DNA of 35,189 bases from a virus. Location: the UHGV virus genome UHGV-0070883; one strand, 5' to 3'. The translations under genes were made by a program, and so were the position numbers. The notes under the pieces were generated by a model. The model searched no databases. It was not told the origin of the DNA and saw nothing but the letters and a program-made list of their open reading frames with translations. This document shows, in pieces, positions 22,725 through 31,663 of the stretch; the stretch's first letter is position 1; the number at the start of each line of letters is the position of its first letter.

Positions 22725-24662
22725 GTGGATTTCCAGGGCGATCCCGTCGATATGAGCGGCGTCACCCTGCGCGGAGCCGTCCGCCTCAAGACGGGCGTGA
22801 CGGAGTTCGGATTTTCCCGAGACGACGAGGGCAACGGCGTGATTTCCTGGGAGTCGGTGCCTGCGGGCATGTGGTCCTATGACGTTTTCATGGACGACGG
22901 CAGCGAAGAAAGCCCCCTTCTCTACGGTTGCTTTGTTTCTTCCGGCCGGGTAACGCCGGACTTGCCCGGCGAGCAGCAGGCCGTGGCGGGCGCGGTCGTC
23001 GTGCAGCTGCCGGAAGGAAGCGGTTGCGTGCAGGTGGTGCTTGATAATGCGTCCAGCGCCGCCTGGTACGCGGAACAGGCCAAGAAGTACGCGGAGAATT
23101 TTAGCCTGTCCGTCGACGAAGTCACCACTGGGGAACCGGGGACGCCCGCCGCCGCGGAAGCCGTCAAAGGGGAGGCTGCCGGCTCCTATAAGCTCTCCTT
23201 CACCATTCCCCGCGGGGATGTTGGTCCTCAGGGACCGTCAGGCCCGCAGGGTGAACGGGGTGAAACCGGCCCCGAAGGGCCGCAAGGCCCACGCGGCGAA
23301 ACCGGGGAACGTGGACCTCAGGGAGATACGGGCGAGCAGGGACCGAAGGGAGAGACAGGCCCGGCGGGGCCCCAAGGCCCGGAGGGCCCCCAGGGGCCGG
23401 AAGGTCCGGCAGGACCCCAGGGACCACAAGGGGAAAAGGGAGAGCCCGGGACGCTGACGTCCAACGTCGGCGACGTCAACATCGGGGGAGCCCTGACCGC
23501 TGAATCGGCTACTATCAACGGGCCTCTGGTCGTCAACAACCCGGACGGAAGCGGAAGCGCCGGAACCCTGAATCAGATTTACGGAATCACCAGGTTTTAT
23601 CAGTCCGTTGATCTTCGTTCGGGCGGCTGGCTGCGCGGGACATTCATGGTAGAGACCGGCATCCTGAATATTTCCCAGGGCGCCAGCTTCAACTGCGCGG
23701 GGACATCCACGTTTTCAAGCGCCATCAACGCCAATGGAGGCGTCAACATCCCGCTGGCCGTGGGAGCGCCGACCAATGAATCCGGCGTCAACCGCCTGTA
23801 TGCCGCGGGCATGGGAGGCGCAGCCAATGCTTATACGGCGGCGGCTTTCCTGAATACGGACACGCTGACAACTACCGGCACGGCAACGGTGACTAAAACG
23901 GTTCCCTACCAGATGGCCCGCATAGGCATTTCCGCGGGCGCTCACACGACTATTCAGGCCCCTTTTGAAGGCCCCAGTTCCCAATGGAATTATTCTTCCT
24001 GGGCCGGCTTTTCATTTGTCTGGCGGGCCACGGCCGCGGCGAAGATAACGATGGGCATCGGACGGGGGGCGAAAACAATCAGGACAGACCTTACCACCGA
24101 CTCCTACACGATTATTCCGGGCAATGACCTGGCATTTAATTCCGGGGAGATTCTGGACATCACCTTTGACAACGTGCGCGATACGGCGCGCAACGGCTAT
24201 ACGGTGCGCGTGCGTGAAATTTATGCGCTGACGTCCGCCGATGGATGGCAGGTCAAGACGACGACCAGCTTTATCCCGGCGACGCAAAACGAGCCCGTCC
24301 CGTGGACGGTGTGCAAGATTATTTACCAGCAGCAGACGGTTGCCAACAGCAGCGTTTATGAAAACCTGGGAGGCCTCTGGCTGCTGGTCACGGGGGCACA
24401 GACCAACAACCTGTTCAAGATCGCCACCTGCCGGGGCGTCTCCAATTTTGAGACCGGCGTCGGCATTTCCAGGTGGGTGACGGATGTGATCAACACCACC
24501 AGCGGCACGGCTTCCGTTTATGCGGGGCCCGGAGAATATGCCTACTACCAGCCGGGCAATGTGAACCCCCTCTTTTACGGGTTGAACGCAATAGGAACGA
24601 ATGCCGTTGAATCCGAGGCAACCGCCGCTTTTGAAGATATTAACGTGCCGATAGAATCATGA
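22725..24662 (+). CDS. Tail fibre protein with a collagen-like (G-X-Y)n triple-helix region
   Basis: 645 aa, GTG start. Residues about 164-244 are uninterrupted [79 protein letters not shown]. The C-terminal part is a large Gly/Ala/Thr-rich beta-rich domain. Confidence 0.7.
   Translation: MDFQGDPVDMSGVTLRGAVRLKTGVTEFGFSRDDEGNGVISWESVPAGMWSYDVFMDDGSEESPLLYGCFVSSGRVTPDLPGEQQAVAGAVVVQLPEGSGCVQVVLDNASSAAWYAEQAKKYAENFSLSVDEVTTGEPGTPAAAEAVKGEAAGSYKLSFTIPRGDVGPQGPSGPQGERGETGPEGPQGPRGETGERGPQGDTGEQGPKGETGPAGPQGPEGPQGPEGPAGPQGPQGEKGEPGTLTSNVGDVNIGGALTAESATINGPLVVNNPDGSGSAGTLNQIYGITRFYQSVDLRSGGWLRGTFMVETGILNISQGASFNCAGTSTFSSAINANGGVNIPLAVGAPTNESGVNRLYAAGMGGAANAYTAAAFLNTDTLTTTGTATVTKTVPYQMARIGISAGAHTTIQAPFEGPSSQWNYSSWAGFSFVWRATAAAKITMGIGRGAKTIRTDLTTDSYTIIPGNDLAFNSGEILDITFDNVRDTARNGYTVRVREIYALTSADGWQVKTTTSFIPATQNEPVPWTVCKIIYQQQTVANSSVYENLGGLWLLVTGAQTNNLFKIATCRGVSNFETGVGISRWVTDVINTTSGTASVYAGPGEYAYYQPGNVNPLFYGLNAIGTNAVESEATAAFEDINVPIES
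23214..23456 (+). repeat. Collagen-like GXY coding repeat (period 9 nt, about 27 triplets)
   Basis: Seen directly inside the fibre ORF. Confidence 0.8.
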
Positions 24663-25063
24663 ATAATTCCGAGATACAAATACAGTTCCCGAAACCCGGT
24701 CAATGGGATGAATTCGGCCTGGCGGCCATTTACCAGGACGAGGAAGGGTACACCCGCATAGACCGCTATACGCAGGACGAGATTCCGGCGAACCAGACCC
24801 CGGCCATGGCCGCCGTAGTGGCCGCGCTGGTGGGATTGGGTGAGGATTGGCAGGCCGTCCAGGTGTGGGCAACACAGGATTGGTATTACCCGGATCCTGT
24901 CAATGAGGATGACCCCATTGTGGGAGTGGAGGCGGTGTATCTGGCCGTGGAAGCCGTCAATCCACAGGGCGGGCGCAGGATTTTTACGGACCGCGACTAC
25001 CCGGAGTTCGTCATTACCGCCCCCGCCGCGGTGGCGTTTTTCAAGCATTTCACTATTAAATAA
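24659..25063 (+). CDS. Hypothetical protein (134 aa), possibly a tail-fibre assembly/chaperone protein by position
   Basis: ORF immediately after the fibre gene, with ATGA overlap. Confidence 0.4.
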   Translation: MNNSEIQIQFPKPGQWDEFGLAAIYQDEEGYTRIDRYTQDEIPANQTPAMAAVVAALVGLGEDWQAVQVWATQDWYYPDPVNEDDPIVGVEAVYLAVEAVNPQGGRRIFTDRDYPEFVITAPAAVAFFKHFTIK

Positions 25064-25064
25064 T

Positions 25065-25355
25065 ATGAGTACGAATAAAGAAAAAGTGAGTTGGCTGACT
25101 GGTCTCCTGACCGGTTGGGGTATTAAAGAGAGTTGGGCAAAAGTCATTGCCGGAGCTGTGATTGGGGCCTTGGTTGCCGCGGGGATTCTGACGCAACCCG
25201 GCTGCGGCCATTCCGTGGACGTAACGCCGGACAAGACGGTCGTATGCAAGGACGGCTCCTGCCTGGTGCTGGAACCGGGCCATATTTCCTATTCACAGGC
25301 GCAACCCGAAACGGACGTTCCGCCCGTTGTGCAGGTAATTCCTTCCAAGAAGTAA
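25065..25355 (+). CDS. Lysis-associated membrane protein (96 aa): one TM helix, then a Cys- and Pro-rich periplasmic tail; holin- or spanin-like
   Basis: MSTNKEKVSWLTGLLTGWGIKESWAKVIAGAVIGALVAAGIL has one TM segment, followed by four Cys and a PPVVQVIP tail. It sits two genes upstream of the endolysin. The track's 171-aa ORF from 24840 is an out-of-context extension. Confidence 0.4.
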   Translation: MSTNKEKVSWLTGLLTGWGIKESWAKVIAGAVIGALVAAGILTQPGCGHSVDVTPDKTVVCKDGSCLVLEPGHISYSQAQPETDVPPVVQVIPSKK

Positions 25356-25359
25356 CACC

Positions 25360-25611
25360 ATGTGCAAACTCTCCGAAGTGCCGGCGCGTTTCATGGATTT
25401 TGCCAAGGCATCACCCGTGTTTGCCTGCGTCATGCTGTCGCTGGTCATTTGCGGCGCGTCCTGCTGGTACATCGGGGATGTCATGGGACACCATAATGAC
25501 CGGCTGTGTGACCTGATGACCATGCAGACACAGGCCCAGATCGAGACGGCCAAGGCGATTCAGCTGCTTGCCGTCAGAATAGAAAATATAGAAAGGAAAC
25601 TGGAAAGGTGA
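25360..25611 (+). CDS. Lysis-associated membrane protein (83 aa): N-terminal TM helix plus C-terminal coiled coil (i-spanin/Rz-like)
   Basis: PVFACVMLSLVICGASCWYIG is a TM segment. QTQAQIETAKAIQLLAVRIENIERKLE has a heptad pattern. Confidence 0.4.
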   Translation: MCKLSEVPARFMDFAKASPVFACVMLSLVICGASCWYIGDVMGHHNDRLCDLMTMQTQAQIETAKAIQLLAVRIENIERKLER

Positions 25612-26771
25612 TTGCTTCTTATCCCAGACGGTTAAGCTCCCCATGCGCTCTTCCGAGAAAAAAACCTGCCAGTTTCGGATTGCCTTATATGGGCTCAAAA
25701 AATAAGATCGCCGCAGATCTGGTGAATATTTTACCAGAAGGGCCGGTATTTGTTGATCTTTTCGCGGGTGGGTGTGCCATGACTCATGCGGCATTATGGT
25801 CGGGGAAGTGGCCCAGGGTCATCGCCAATGATATTCAGCGGCAATTTCCTGATTTATTTTTTCGTGCGGCAACAGGGCGTTTGACAGATTGTGACCGGAG
25901 GGCTGTTGATCGGGATGAGTTCAACCGCGTGAAAGATCATGATGCGGCGGTCGCCCTCTTATGGTCATTTGGAAATCACGGTGAATGTTATTTATGGAAC
26001 GCAGACCTTGAGCCAGTAAAGTTGGCGGCGCTCCGTATGATCATGTCCGAAAACAGAGAGGACCGTCTGGCCTGGTTTAAAAAATTCATTCAGGGCTTAA
26101 GGGATGCACGGGCTGAATTGAAAAGGAGGAAGGAACAAAGGTCTTCTATTTTGGACCAGATTGACAATATTGAAGAATGGCTCAGAGGTGAGCTGCGCGC
26201 TGCGCTGAAAGCGTCTGGGAAAACTCAAGCGGAGGTAAACCGCCATTTGGGGTCTCAAATGGCGGGTCATTATTTTGGATCCAGCCAATGGGCATTCCCC
26301 ACACGGGAAGAGTTTGAAAAGCTGCGTGAGATTTTGCCAACCTTGCACCCCGTTGATTATTACGGTCAACATCTGCAAAGCCTGGAACGCCTGGAAAGAT
26401 TGGAAAGCCTGGAAAGCCTGGAAAGCTTGGAACGTCTGCAAAGATTGGAAAGCCTGGAAAGCGATGTCTATTTGGATAAGAAATTAACAATTAGCGGGAA
26501 AGATTATACTGAAATAACAATTCCGGAAGGTAGTGTGGTTTATGCCGACCCTCCTTATGAGGGGACGGAAAGATATAAGTCCGGACTTTTTAACCATGAT
26601 CGCTTTTGGGAGTGGTGCCGGACGAGAGATTTTCCGGTATTCATTTCAGAATACAAAGCTCCTTCTGATTTCGTTCCCATATGGGAGAAAGCGAAAACGT
26701 GCCACTTTGCGGCAAATAATAACGCAAAAAAAACGATTGAAAAGCTCTTTGTCCATCAACGGTTTAATTAA
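25608..26771 (+). CDS. DNA adenine methyltransferase, D12 class (Dam family), with an internal in-frame LE(S/R) tandem repeat. The start is uncertain: GTG at 25608 or ATG at 25689
   Basis: N-terminal LPYMGSKNKIAADLVNILPEGPVFVDLFAGGCAM matches the Dam/D12 SAM-binding motif. C-terminal VVYADPPY is the catalytic DPPY motif IV. The gene is lower in GC than its neighbours. Confidence 0.8.
   Translation: MIASYPRRLSSPCALPRKKPASFGLPYMGSKNKIAADLVNILPEGPVFVDLFAGGCAMTHAALWSGKWPRVIANDIQRQFPDLFFRAATGRLTDCDRRAVDRDEFNRVKDHDAAVALLWSFGNHGECYLWNADLEPVKLAALRMIMSENREDRLAWFKKFIQGLRDARAELKRRKEQRSSILDQIDNIEEWLRGELRAALKASGKTQAEVNRHLGSQMAGHYFGSSQWAFPTREEFEKLREILPTLHPVDYYGQHLQSLERLERLESLESLESLERLQRLESLESDVYLDKKLTISGKDYTEITIPEGSVVYADPPYEGTERYKSGLFNHDRFWEWCRTRDFPVFISEYKAPSDFVPIWEKAKTCHFAANNNAKKTIEKLFVHQRFN
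26373..26462 (+). repeat. 9-bp tandem repeat x10 (ctgcaaagc, ctggaacgc, ctggaaaga, ttggaaagc ...) encoding (L-E/Q-S/R)10, in frame inside the Dam methyltransferase
   Basis: Seen directly. Ten contiguous 9-mers with 1-2 substitutions each. Confidence 0.9.
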
Positions 26772-26832
26772 CAGTAAAGTTTTTCTTACCAGTTCAATCA
26801 TATTAACAACCAACCATTAAAGGAGAATATTC

Positions 26833-27363
26833 ATGAAAATAGCCATTGATATTGGACATTCCAACAACACCGGAGCCCGCGGGAACGGTCTTGAAGAACA
26901 CGCCGTCGCCGTGACGATCGCCGAATGCCTCGCCCCCATGCTGCGGCAGCTGGGGGCCAAGGTGGACGTGATTGACTTTCCGGGCATGAGCAATGCCCAG
27001 GATTTGAACGCCACCATCAAGGCCGCCAATGAAGGCGGCTATGACTTCGGCATCTCACTGCATTGCGACGCTTCCGACAATCCCCAGGCCCATGGGGCCC
27101 ATGTGTGTTTTTACCCGGGCAGCGTCAAGGGCAGCAGGCTGGCCATGTGCATTGCGGAACCTCTTTCCCGCCTGCTTCCCGGCCGGGCCAATACCGTCCA
27201 GTCGCGTCCGGGCCTCGCCGTCCTGAAAAGGACCCGCTGTCCGTGGGTGCTGTGCGAATGCGGATTTATCACCAATCCTGAAAACGCCGCCCTGATGAAG
27301 GACCATCCCGGACGCATTGCCGAATCCATTGCCGAAGGGGTGAAAGACTACCTCAACCAGTAA
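26833..27363 (+). CDS. Endolysin: N-acetylmuramoyl-L-alanine amidase (Amidase_3 family)
   Basis: MKIAIDIGHSNNTGARG...SLHCDAS matches the Amidase_3 IDxGHG and SxHxDA zinc-ligand motifs. Preceded by AAGGAGAA. Confidence 0.8.
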   Translation: MKIAIDIGHSNNTGARGNGLEEHAVAVTIAECLAPMLRQLGAKVDVIDFPGMSNAQDLNATIKAANEGGYDFGISLHCDASDNPQAHGAHVCFYPGSVKGSRLAMCIAEPLSRLLPGRANTVQSRPGLAVLKRTRCPWVLCECGFITNPENAALMKDHPGRIAESIAEGVKDYLNQ

Positions 27364-27369
27364 CCGCCC

Positions 27370-28884
27370 ATGACCTACCAGGCCCCCTACGCAGCCCGCT
27401 ACATTTCCGCCGCCGGCAACCAGATCCAGCTGCTCAACCTCTGGGACGATACGCCGGAGCCGCCCCGCTTCGGCGGTTCCATGGAGGCATTCGAAACGTC
27501 GCTGGTGGACGGCCCCAGGGCGTTCGCGCAGGGGCTTGGGAGCGCCGTGGAGCAGCGCACCATCGCGTTTTACCGCTGGTTCGTTGATTACCAGGACATG
27601 GCCTCCTATCAGGAGAACATGGCTCTGTGGCTGGCCAGCAACCAGAACGGCTATCTCTACCTGCAGTTCGCCGAACAGCCGCAATGGCGGTTTGCCGCCG
27701 TCATCACCGGCTACCAGTTTGAAACCGAGAACTTTGTTCCGCCTCCGTCTCCCGAGGACGGCTATCTGTGCCTGCTGGTCACGCTGACCATGACCGTCAC
27801 CGACAGGACACCAGACAATTCCAACTGGGTTTTTGCCGTGACACCCGCTTCTTTTGACGTGCCCGTCCAGGGTGGTGAATATACCGTGAACGTGGAATCT
27901 TCGTTTACCCCGGGTCCGGTCGGGCAGGGGTGGCAGATAGCCGACGTCTCCGAAGGGTTGACCGTCTCCGATGTGGTCAACGGGAACAACGGATCATTCA
28001 AGGTGGCAGTCTCCGCCAATGAAGGAGACGAGGACAGGACCATGTCGCTCCAGGTCATTCAGGACGGAACCGGGCAGGCTGTTGAGGTTGAATTTCGTCA
28101 GCCGCTTCCTACTTTCTCATTCAGCCTTTCTCCAACCGAATTGCAGGTTCCCATTACGGGAGGCGATTATTCCGTGAATGTGTCTTCTTTTTACAGTCCG
28201 GGAGATGTCAGCGTTGACTGGACGGCCAGTTCTCCAAGTTCCTCTGTCGTCATCTCCGATGTGGTCAACGGCAACAACGGATCATTCAAAGTAGCAGTCT
28301 CCGCCAATGAAGGAGCATCGGGAACAGTACGTATCACCGCGACACAACAGGACTCCGGGGAAAAAGCGTACCTTAGAGTGCTGCGCGCGGGACTGGTCAC
28401 GCGCAATTATACGCTTCCACCTCCCCAGGGAGAGTATACGGATGTCCCGATGGGATACAGTTCATGGCGGTTCATCCCCTCGGACGTTTATCCCGATTTC
28501 CCGGAAGGCAACCCGGAAGGAAAGGGAATCACGCTGCAGGAAATCGTGACGACGAATCCTACGAGCGCCAATTCAGGCACGTTGTCGCTTTACCGGGTGG
28601 AAAATGGAACGGCTTCTCTTCTGGCGACCAGCAATGAGGCTGTTTCCACCGGAGAGGGGGGGAATGTGAAATGGACGTTTTCTCCAGGCGTGGAAATTCG
28701 TTCGGACTGGCAGCTGGTCGTGGAAAATCAGAACGGCATTTATGAGAAGAACGCCATGCTGAACAACCCTCAGTCATTTGACGGCCTTGGCAATGATGCT
28801 TATCCGGCCGCCGCTACCGCCCCCGGACGCACGTTCAGCTTATCCCTCACTATCCGCTATACTTCCATTGATTACCCTTCTTAA
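27370..28884 (+). CDS. Tail protein with two tandem Ig-like/BACON-like domains (candidate major tail tube protein with display domains, or a tail adhesin)
   Basis: 504 aa. An internal duplication of about 95 aa includes the identical peptide SDVVNGNNGSFKVAVSANEG twice. The FDVPVQGGEYTVNVESSF...GWQIADVS...GSFKVAVSANEG...SLQV pattern resembles BACON/Ig-like carbohydrate-binding domains. It sits directly upstream of the chaperone and tape measure genes. Confidence 0.45.
   Translation: MTYQAPYAARYISAAGNQIQLLNLWDDTPEPPRFGGSMEAFETSLVDGPRAFAQGLGSAVEQRTIAFYRWFVDYQDMASYQENMALWLASNQNGYLYLQFAEQPQWRFAAVITGYQFETENFVPPPSPEDGYLCLLVTLTMTVTDRTPDNSNWVFAVTPASFDVPVQGGEYTVNVESSFTPGPVGQGWQIADVSEGLTVSDVVNGNNGSFKVAVSANEGDEDRTMSLQVIQDGTGQAVEVEFRQPLPTFSFSLSPTELQVPITGGDYSVNVSSFYSPGDVSVDWTASSPSSSVVISDVVNGNNGSFKVAVSANEGASGTVRITATQQDSGEKAYLRVLRAGLVTRNYTLPPPQGEYTDVPMGYSSWRFIPSDVYPDFPEGNPEGKGITLQEIVTTNPTSANSGTLSLYRVENGTASLLATSNEAVSTGEGGNVKWTFSPGVEIRSDWQLVVENQNGIYEKNAMLNNPQSFDGLGNDAYPAAATAPGRTFSLSLTIRYTSIDYPS
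27967..28027 (+). repeat. 61-bp direct repeat, copy 1 (near-identical to 28264-28324, in frame, 297 bp apart)
   Basis: tccgatgtggtcaacgggaacaacggatcattcaaggtggcagtctccgccaatgaaggag against copy 2, with 4 mismatches. Confidence 0.85.
28264..28324 (+). repeat. 61-bp direct repeat, copy 2
   Basis: See copy 1. Confidence 0.85.
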
Positions 28885-28903
28885 CAACATATCAACCATC
28901 ATC

Positions 28904-29185
28904 ATGAACGAACAACAAGAACACGGAATTGAACGGCTTTTCATTGAATTCGCCGAAGAATGCAACAAGAACCCGAATCTGAAACAGGCAGCGCAGGAGA
29001 TGCGCGAAGACGTCTTTGAGGCTGCGGAATCTGCCGGCGTCAATCCCTCCCATGCCTTCGGCGTCATCATCCGCGATATGATGATGCTGGAATTGCTACA
29101 GAAACGCGTCGAAGAATCCCGGACGGCGCTCACGTCCGGGAATTTGCCCGCTTTCGTCGTCGAAGAAGCGAAAAGAGAATTTTAA
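28904..29185 (+). CDS. Putative tail assembly chaperone (94 aa, acidic), by position upstream of the tape measure gene
   Basis: The ATG at 28904 is in frame within the track ORF 28778-29185, which overlaps the upstream gene. Small acidic helical protein. Confidence 0.4.
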   Translation: MNEQQEHGIERLFIEFAEECNKNPNLKQAAQEMREDVFEAAESAGVNPSHAFGVIIRDMMMLELLQKRVEESRTALTSGNLPAFVVEEAKREF

Positions 29186-29316
29186 TCAACTAATAGCGAA
29201 CAATTTACCTTTCCAAAATCAGGAGTACCAAAAAAGAAATAACCGTTGAAGTTAAAAGTACCTTTGACACCAAAGGAATTCAGGAAGCAAAGAAGCAGAT
29301 TGAGACTCTTGGCAGG

Positions 29317-31617
29317 ATGGAGGCCGGAGGCGACCTTTCCGCCTATGACAAGGCCCTTGAAAACGCCAATGAGAAGCTAGGGGAATTCGCCGATAAGATG
29401 ACGGATGCCGGCTCACGCATGCGGGCAGCCTTCCAGGACAACCCCGGACTTGAGGCGTTTATTGACGACGCGACCGGAGCCGTATTGACGGCGGAAGAAC
29501 TCAAAAAGAAATTTGAACAGATTGATGACGTCGCGGAAGTCCTCAATAACAAAATGTCCGATTTGGATCTGGGGGCGAAGTGGGGCGAAAACCTTGATGA
29601 AAACCTCCAAAAGATACTCGACGGCTACAATAAGGAAATGGCCGCGGCCGACAAGGCCACGGAAAAAGCGGCCGCTGCGGAGGCCCGGAAGCAACAGCAG
29701 GCTGCGGCAACCGTGGAACGGATGGAAGCCAACAACCGCCGCGCCGCCGCTTCCTATGAGGAATTAGAGGCGGAGCTTGCTTCATATATTGCCAAGTTGG
29801 AAGAAGCCCGGAAGGCTGGGAACAACGTGGCACAGGCGGATGCCTTGCGGAATATCCAGGAATTGGAAAAAAGACTCCGATCCGCCAGTGCGGGCAGTCA
29901 AAAGGCAACCAGGAGTATCAAGAATATGGGGCAGGGAGCCTTGCAGGCTGCCTACTTTTTTGACGACTTGCAATACGGCATCAGGGGTATCATGAATAAT
30001 ATTCCAGGGCTTGTGATGGGCTTCGGAGGCGGGGCAGGGCTGGCCGGGGCCATCTCCATTGCCACCCTTGCCGGAGCGAAGCTTTACGAGTGGATGGGGA
30101 AGACGGAAGACAAGTCGGCGGATCTTGCAAAAAAAATGAAGGAGCAGAGCAAAGAGATTGCCGAATCATATCGGAAGTCTCTTCGGGCAAGTTATCAGGC
30201 TTTGCAGGAATTCAACCAGCAAGAACGCACCAAAACCGTTAATAAAGAGTATCAAAACTATGTAAAGGGCATTACCCGTGAATTCGAATATCAAACGGAA
30301 GAACTTGAAAAACAAATTCGCTTGAGACGGGAGGAAGCGGCCCGTAAGAAAGGAATTGATACACGCCAGGCAGAGCTTGAGCGCGTCAACCTGGAAAATG
30401 ACTACCAGCAAGGAAGAATCACCAAGAGGCAACGAGATTATGGCCTGATGATGGTGGATCAGAATCTGGACCAGAAAATCCGCCAGCGTGATTTAAGCGT
30501 AGAGCAAGCTAACTATATGGATATGGGGAAACAGCTTGCGGAGGCAGTCAAGGCCAGAGATGCGGCCGAAGCTCATGCTTTTGATATGCAGTTTAAACAA
30601 GGGAACCTTCCTTCCCTTCAAAATATCATGGGGCTTTTGCAGCAGCAAGAACGCATTCAACAAAGGATAGATAGTCTTAATAGCAATTTATTAAGAATAC
30701 AGGAATTACGAGAAATTGGAACTTGGCGTTCTCCCTCAGAACAGGAAGAATATGAAGATGCAGTAGTTAGAGAGCAACAATTTATAAAAGCTCGTAATTC
30801 AGCTCAGGAAGAAGGGAATGCCGCACAATTAAAATTGAATGAATATCAGGACTTGTTAAGAGCCGGAGGGGTGAATCTTGAATTCGACTATAGACAAGGA
30901 ACTGACATAAGCAGTCGCTTCAAACAAGCAATTAGTGCAGTAGAAGAGTTTAAGAAGAATACGGATGCCGCAAAAAAACAGTTTGATGATTTAACTAAAA
31001 AGGCCGGTTCATTAGGTGATGCTATGGCTTCTGCGGAGGCGTCCATAAAAGACATGGAACAAACCGAAGCCCTTCAAAATCAAATAGACGCCGGCAAGGT
31101 CAAATCATTTAACTTGCAAAGAGACAGGGAAGAAGCCGAGGAAGTCCGAAGAAATGAAGAGAAAATAAAGAAGGCTCGTGAACAGGCCGAAAGGGAGGCG
31201 AAAAAGCAGACTGCCGAGAGGCAGCAGGCAATGATCCGCGGCATTACCCTTGAAGGTGTTCCCGAACATCCTACCGCCAAACAACGCCCCCGGATTTCTG
31301 CCGCCCGCGAAGCCTTGAACGAAGGGAAGAAACGCCTTTCGGAAAGCATTTCGGCAACAGATACAGAAATAGATCCAAGCGAACTTCTGGGAGCGTTTGA
31401 CGCTGTGGAAAAAGTATTGGTAGAAAGAGGACAATACACAAAAAAGGCGTTTGATCATTTGGTCTCAATTATTAGAGCGCAGGCCGACAAAATAAATGCC
31501 CAGGAAGTGAATACTCAAAACTATATAGATGACAAAATAGAAAGACTACTGAAAGAGCAGCAACAAACCAACACAAGATTGAGAACTGGAATAAACAGGC
31601 TTGCCGGAGGCTATTAA
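29317..31617 (+). CDS. Tail tape measure protein (766 aa)
   Basis: Long, highly charged alpha-helical/coiled-coil sequence with a Gly-rich hydrophobic segment (IMNNIPGLVMGFGGGAGLAGAISIATLAGAKLY) typical of TMPs. Composition shifts from GC-rich to AT-rich partway through. The frame is open upstream to 29197. Confidence 0.65.
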   Translation: MEAGGDLSAYDKALENANEKLGEFADKMTDAGSRMRAAFQDNPGLEAFIDDATGAVLTAEELKKKFEQIDDVAEVLNNKMSDLDLGAKWGENLDENLQKILDGYNKEMAAADKATEKAAAAEARKQQQAAATVERMEANNRRAAASYEELEAELASYIAKLEEARKAGNNVAQADALRNIQELEKRLRSASAGSQKATRSIKNMGQGALQAAYFFDDLQYGIRGIMNNIPGLVMGFGGGAGLAGAISIATLAGAKLYEWMGKTEDKSADLAKKMKEQSKEIAESYRKSLRASYQALQEFNQQERTKTVNKEYQNYVKGITREFEYQTEELEKQIRLRREEAARKKGIDTRQAELERVNLENDYQQGRITKRQRDYGLMMVDQNLDQKIRQRDLSVEQANYMDMGKQLAEAVKARDAAEAHAFDMQFKQGNLPSLQNIMGLLQQQERIQQRIDSLNSNLLRIQELREIGTWRSPSEQEEYEDAVVREQQFIKARNSAQEEGNAAQLKLNEYQDLLRAGGVNLEFDYRQGTDISSRFKQAISAVEEFKKNTDAAKKQFDDLTKKAGSLGDAMASAEASIKDMEQTEALQNQIDAGKVKSFNLQRDREEAEEVRRNEEKIKKAREQAEREAKKQTAERQQAMIRGITLEGVPEHPTAKQRPRISAAREALNEGKKRLSESISATDTEIDPSELLGAFDAVEKVLVERGQYTKKAFDHLVSIIRAQADKINAQEVNTQNYIDDKIERLLKEQQQTNTRLRTGINRLAGGY

Positions 31618-31663
31618 CAGCTTTTAGGCTTGCACTAAGTATGGTTTATAGCACCATATCGGT

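Noticed and set aside
23214-23456. Highly periodic repeat region that could be mistaken for a CRISPR array or a VNTR locus.
   Set aside because: The period is 9 nt, in frame inside the fibre ORF, and encodes G-X-Y collagen triplets. There are no 25-40 nt repeat and spacer units.
26373-26462. A CRISPR-like or minisatellite array.
   Set aside because: The 9-bp units are contiguous with no spacers and sit in frame inside a methyltransferase ORF. Treated as a coding VNTR instead.
28904-29316. Lambda G/GT-style -1 programmed frameshift between the tail chaperone and the region upstream of the TMP gene.
   Set aside because: The TMP-upstream frame is the -1 frame relative to the chaperone. But that frame has a TAG at 29194-29196 after the chaperone stop, so no fused extension is possible across the junction. 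No slippery heptamer was identified.
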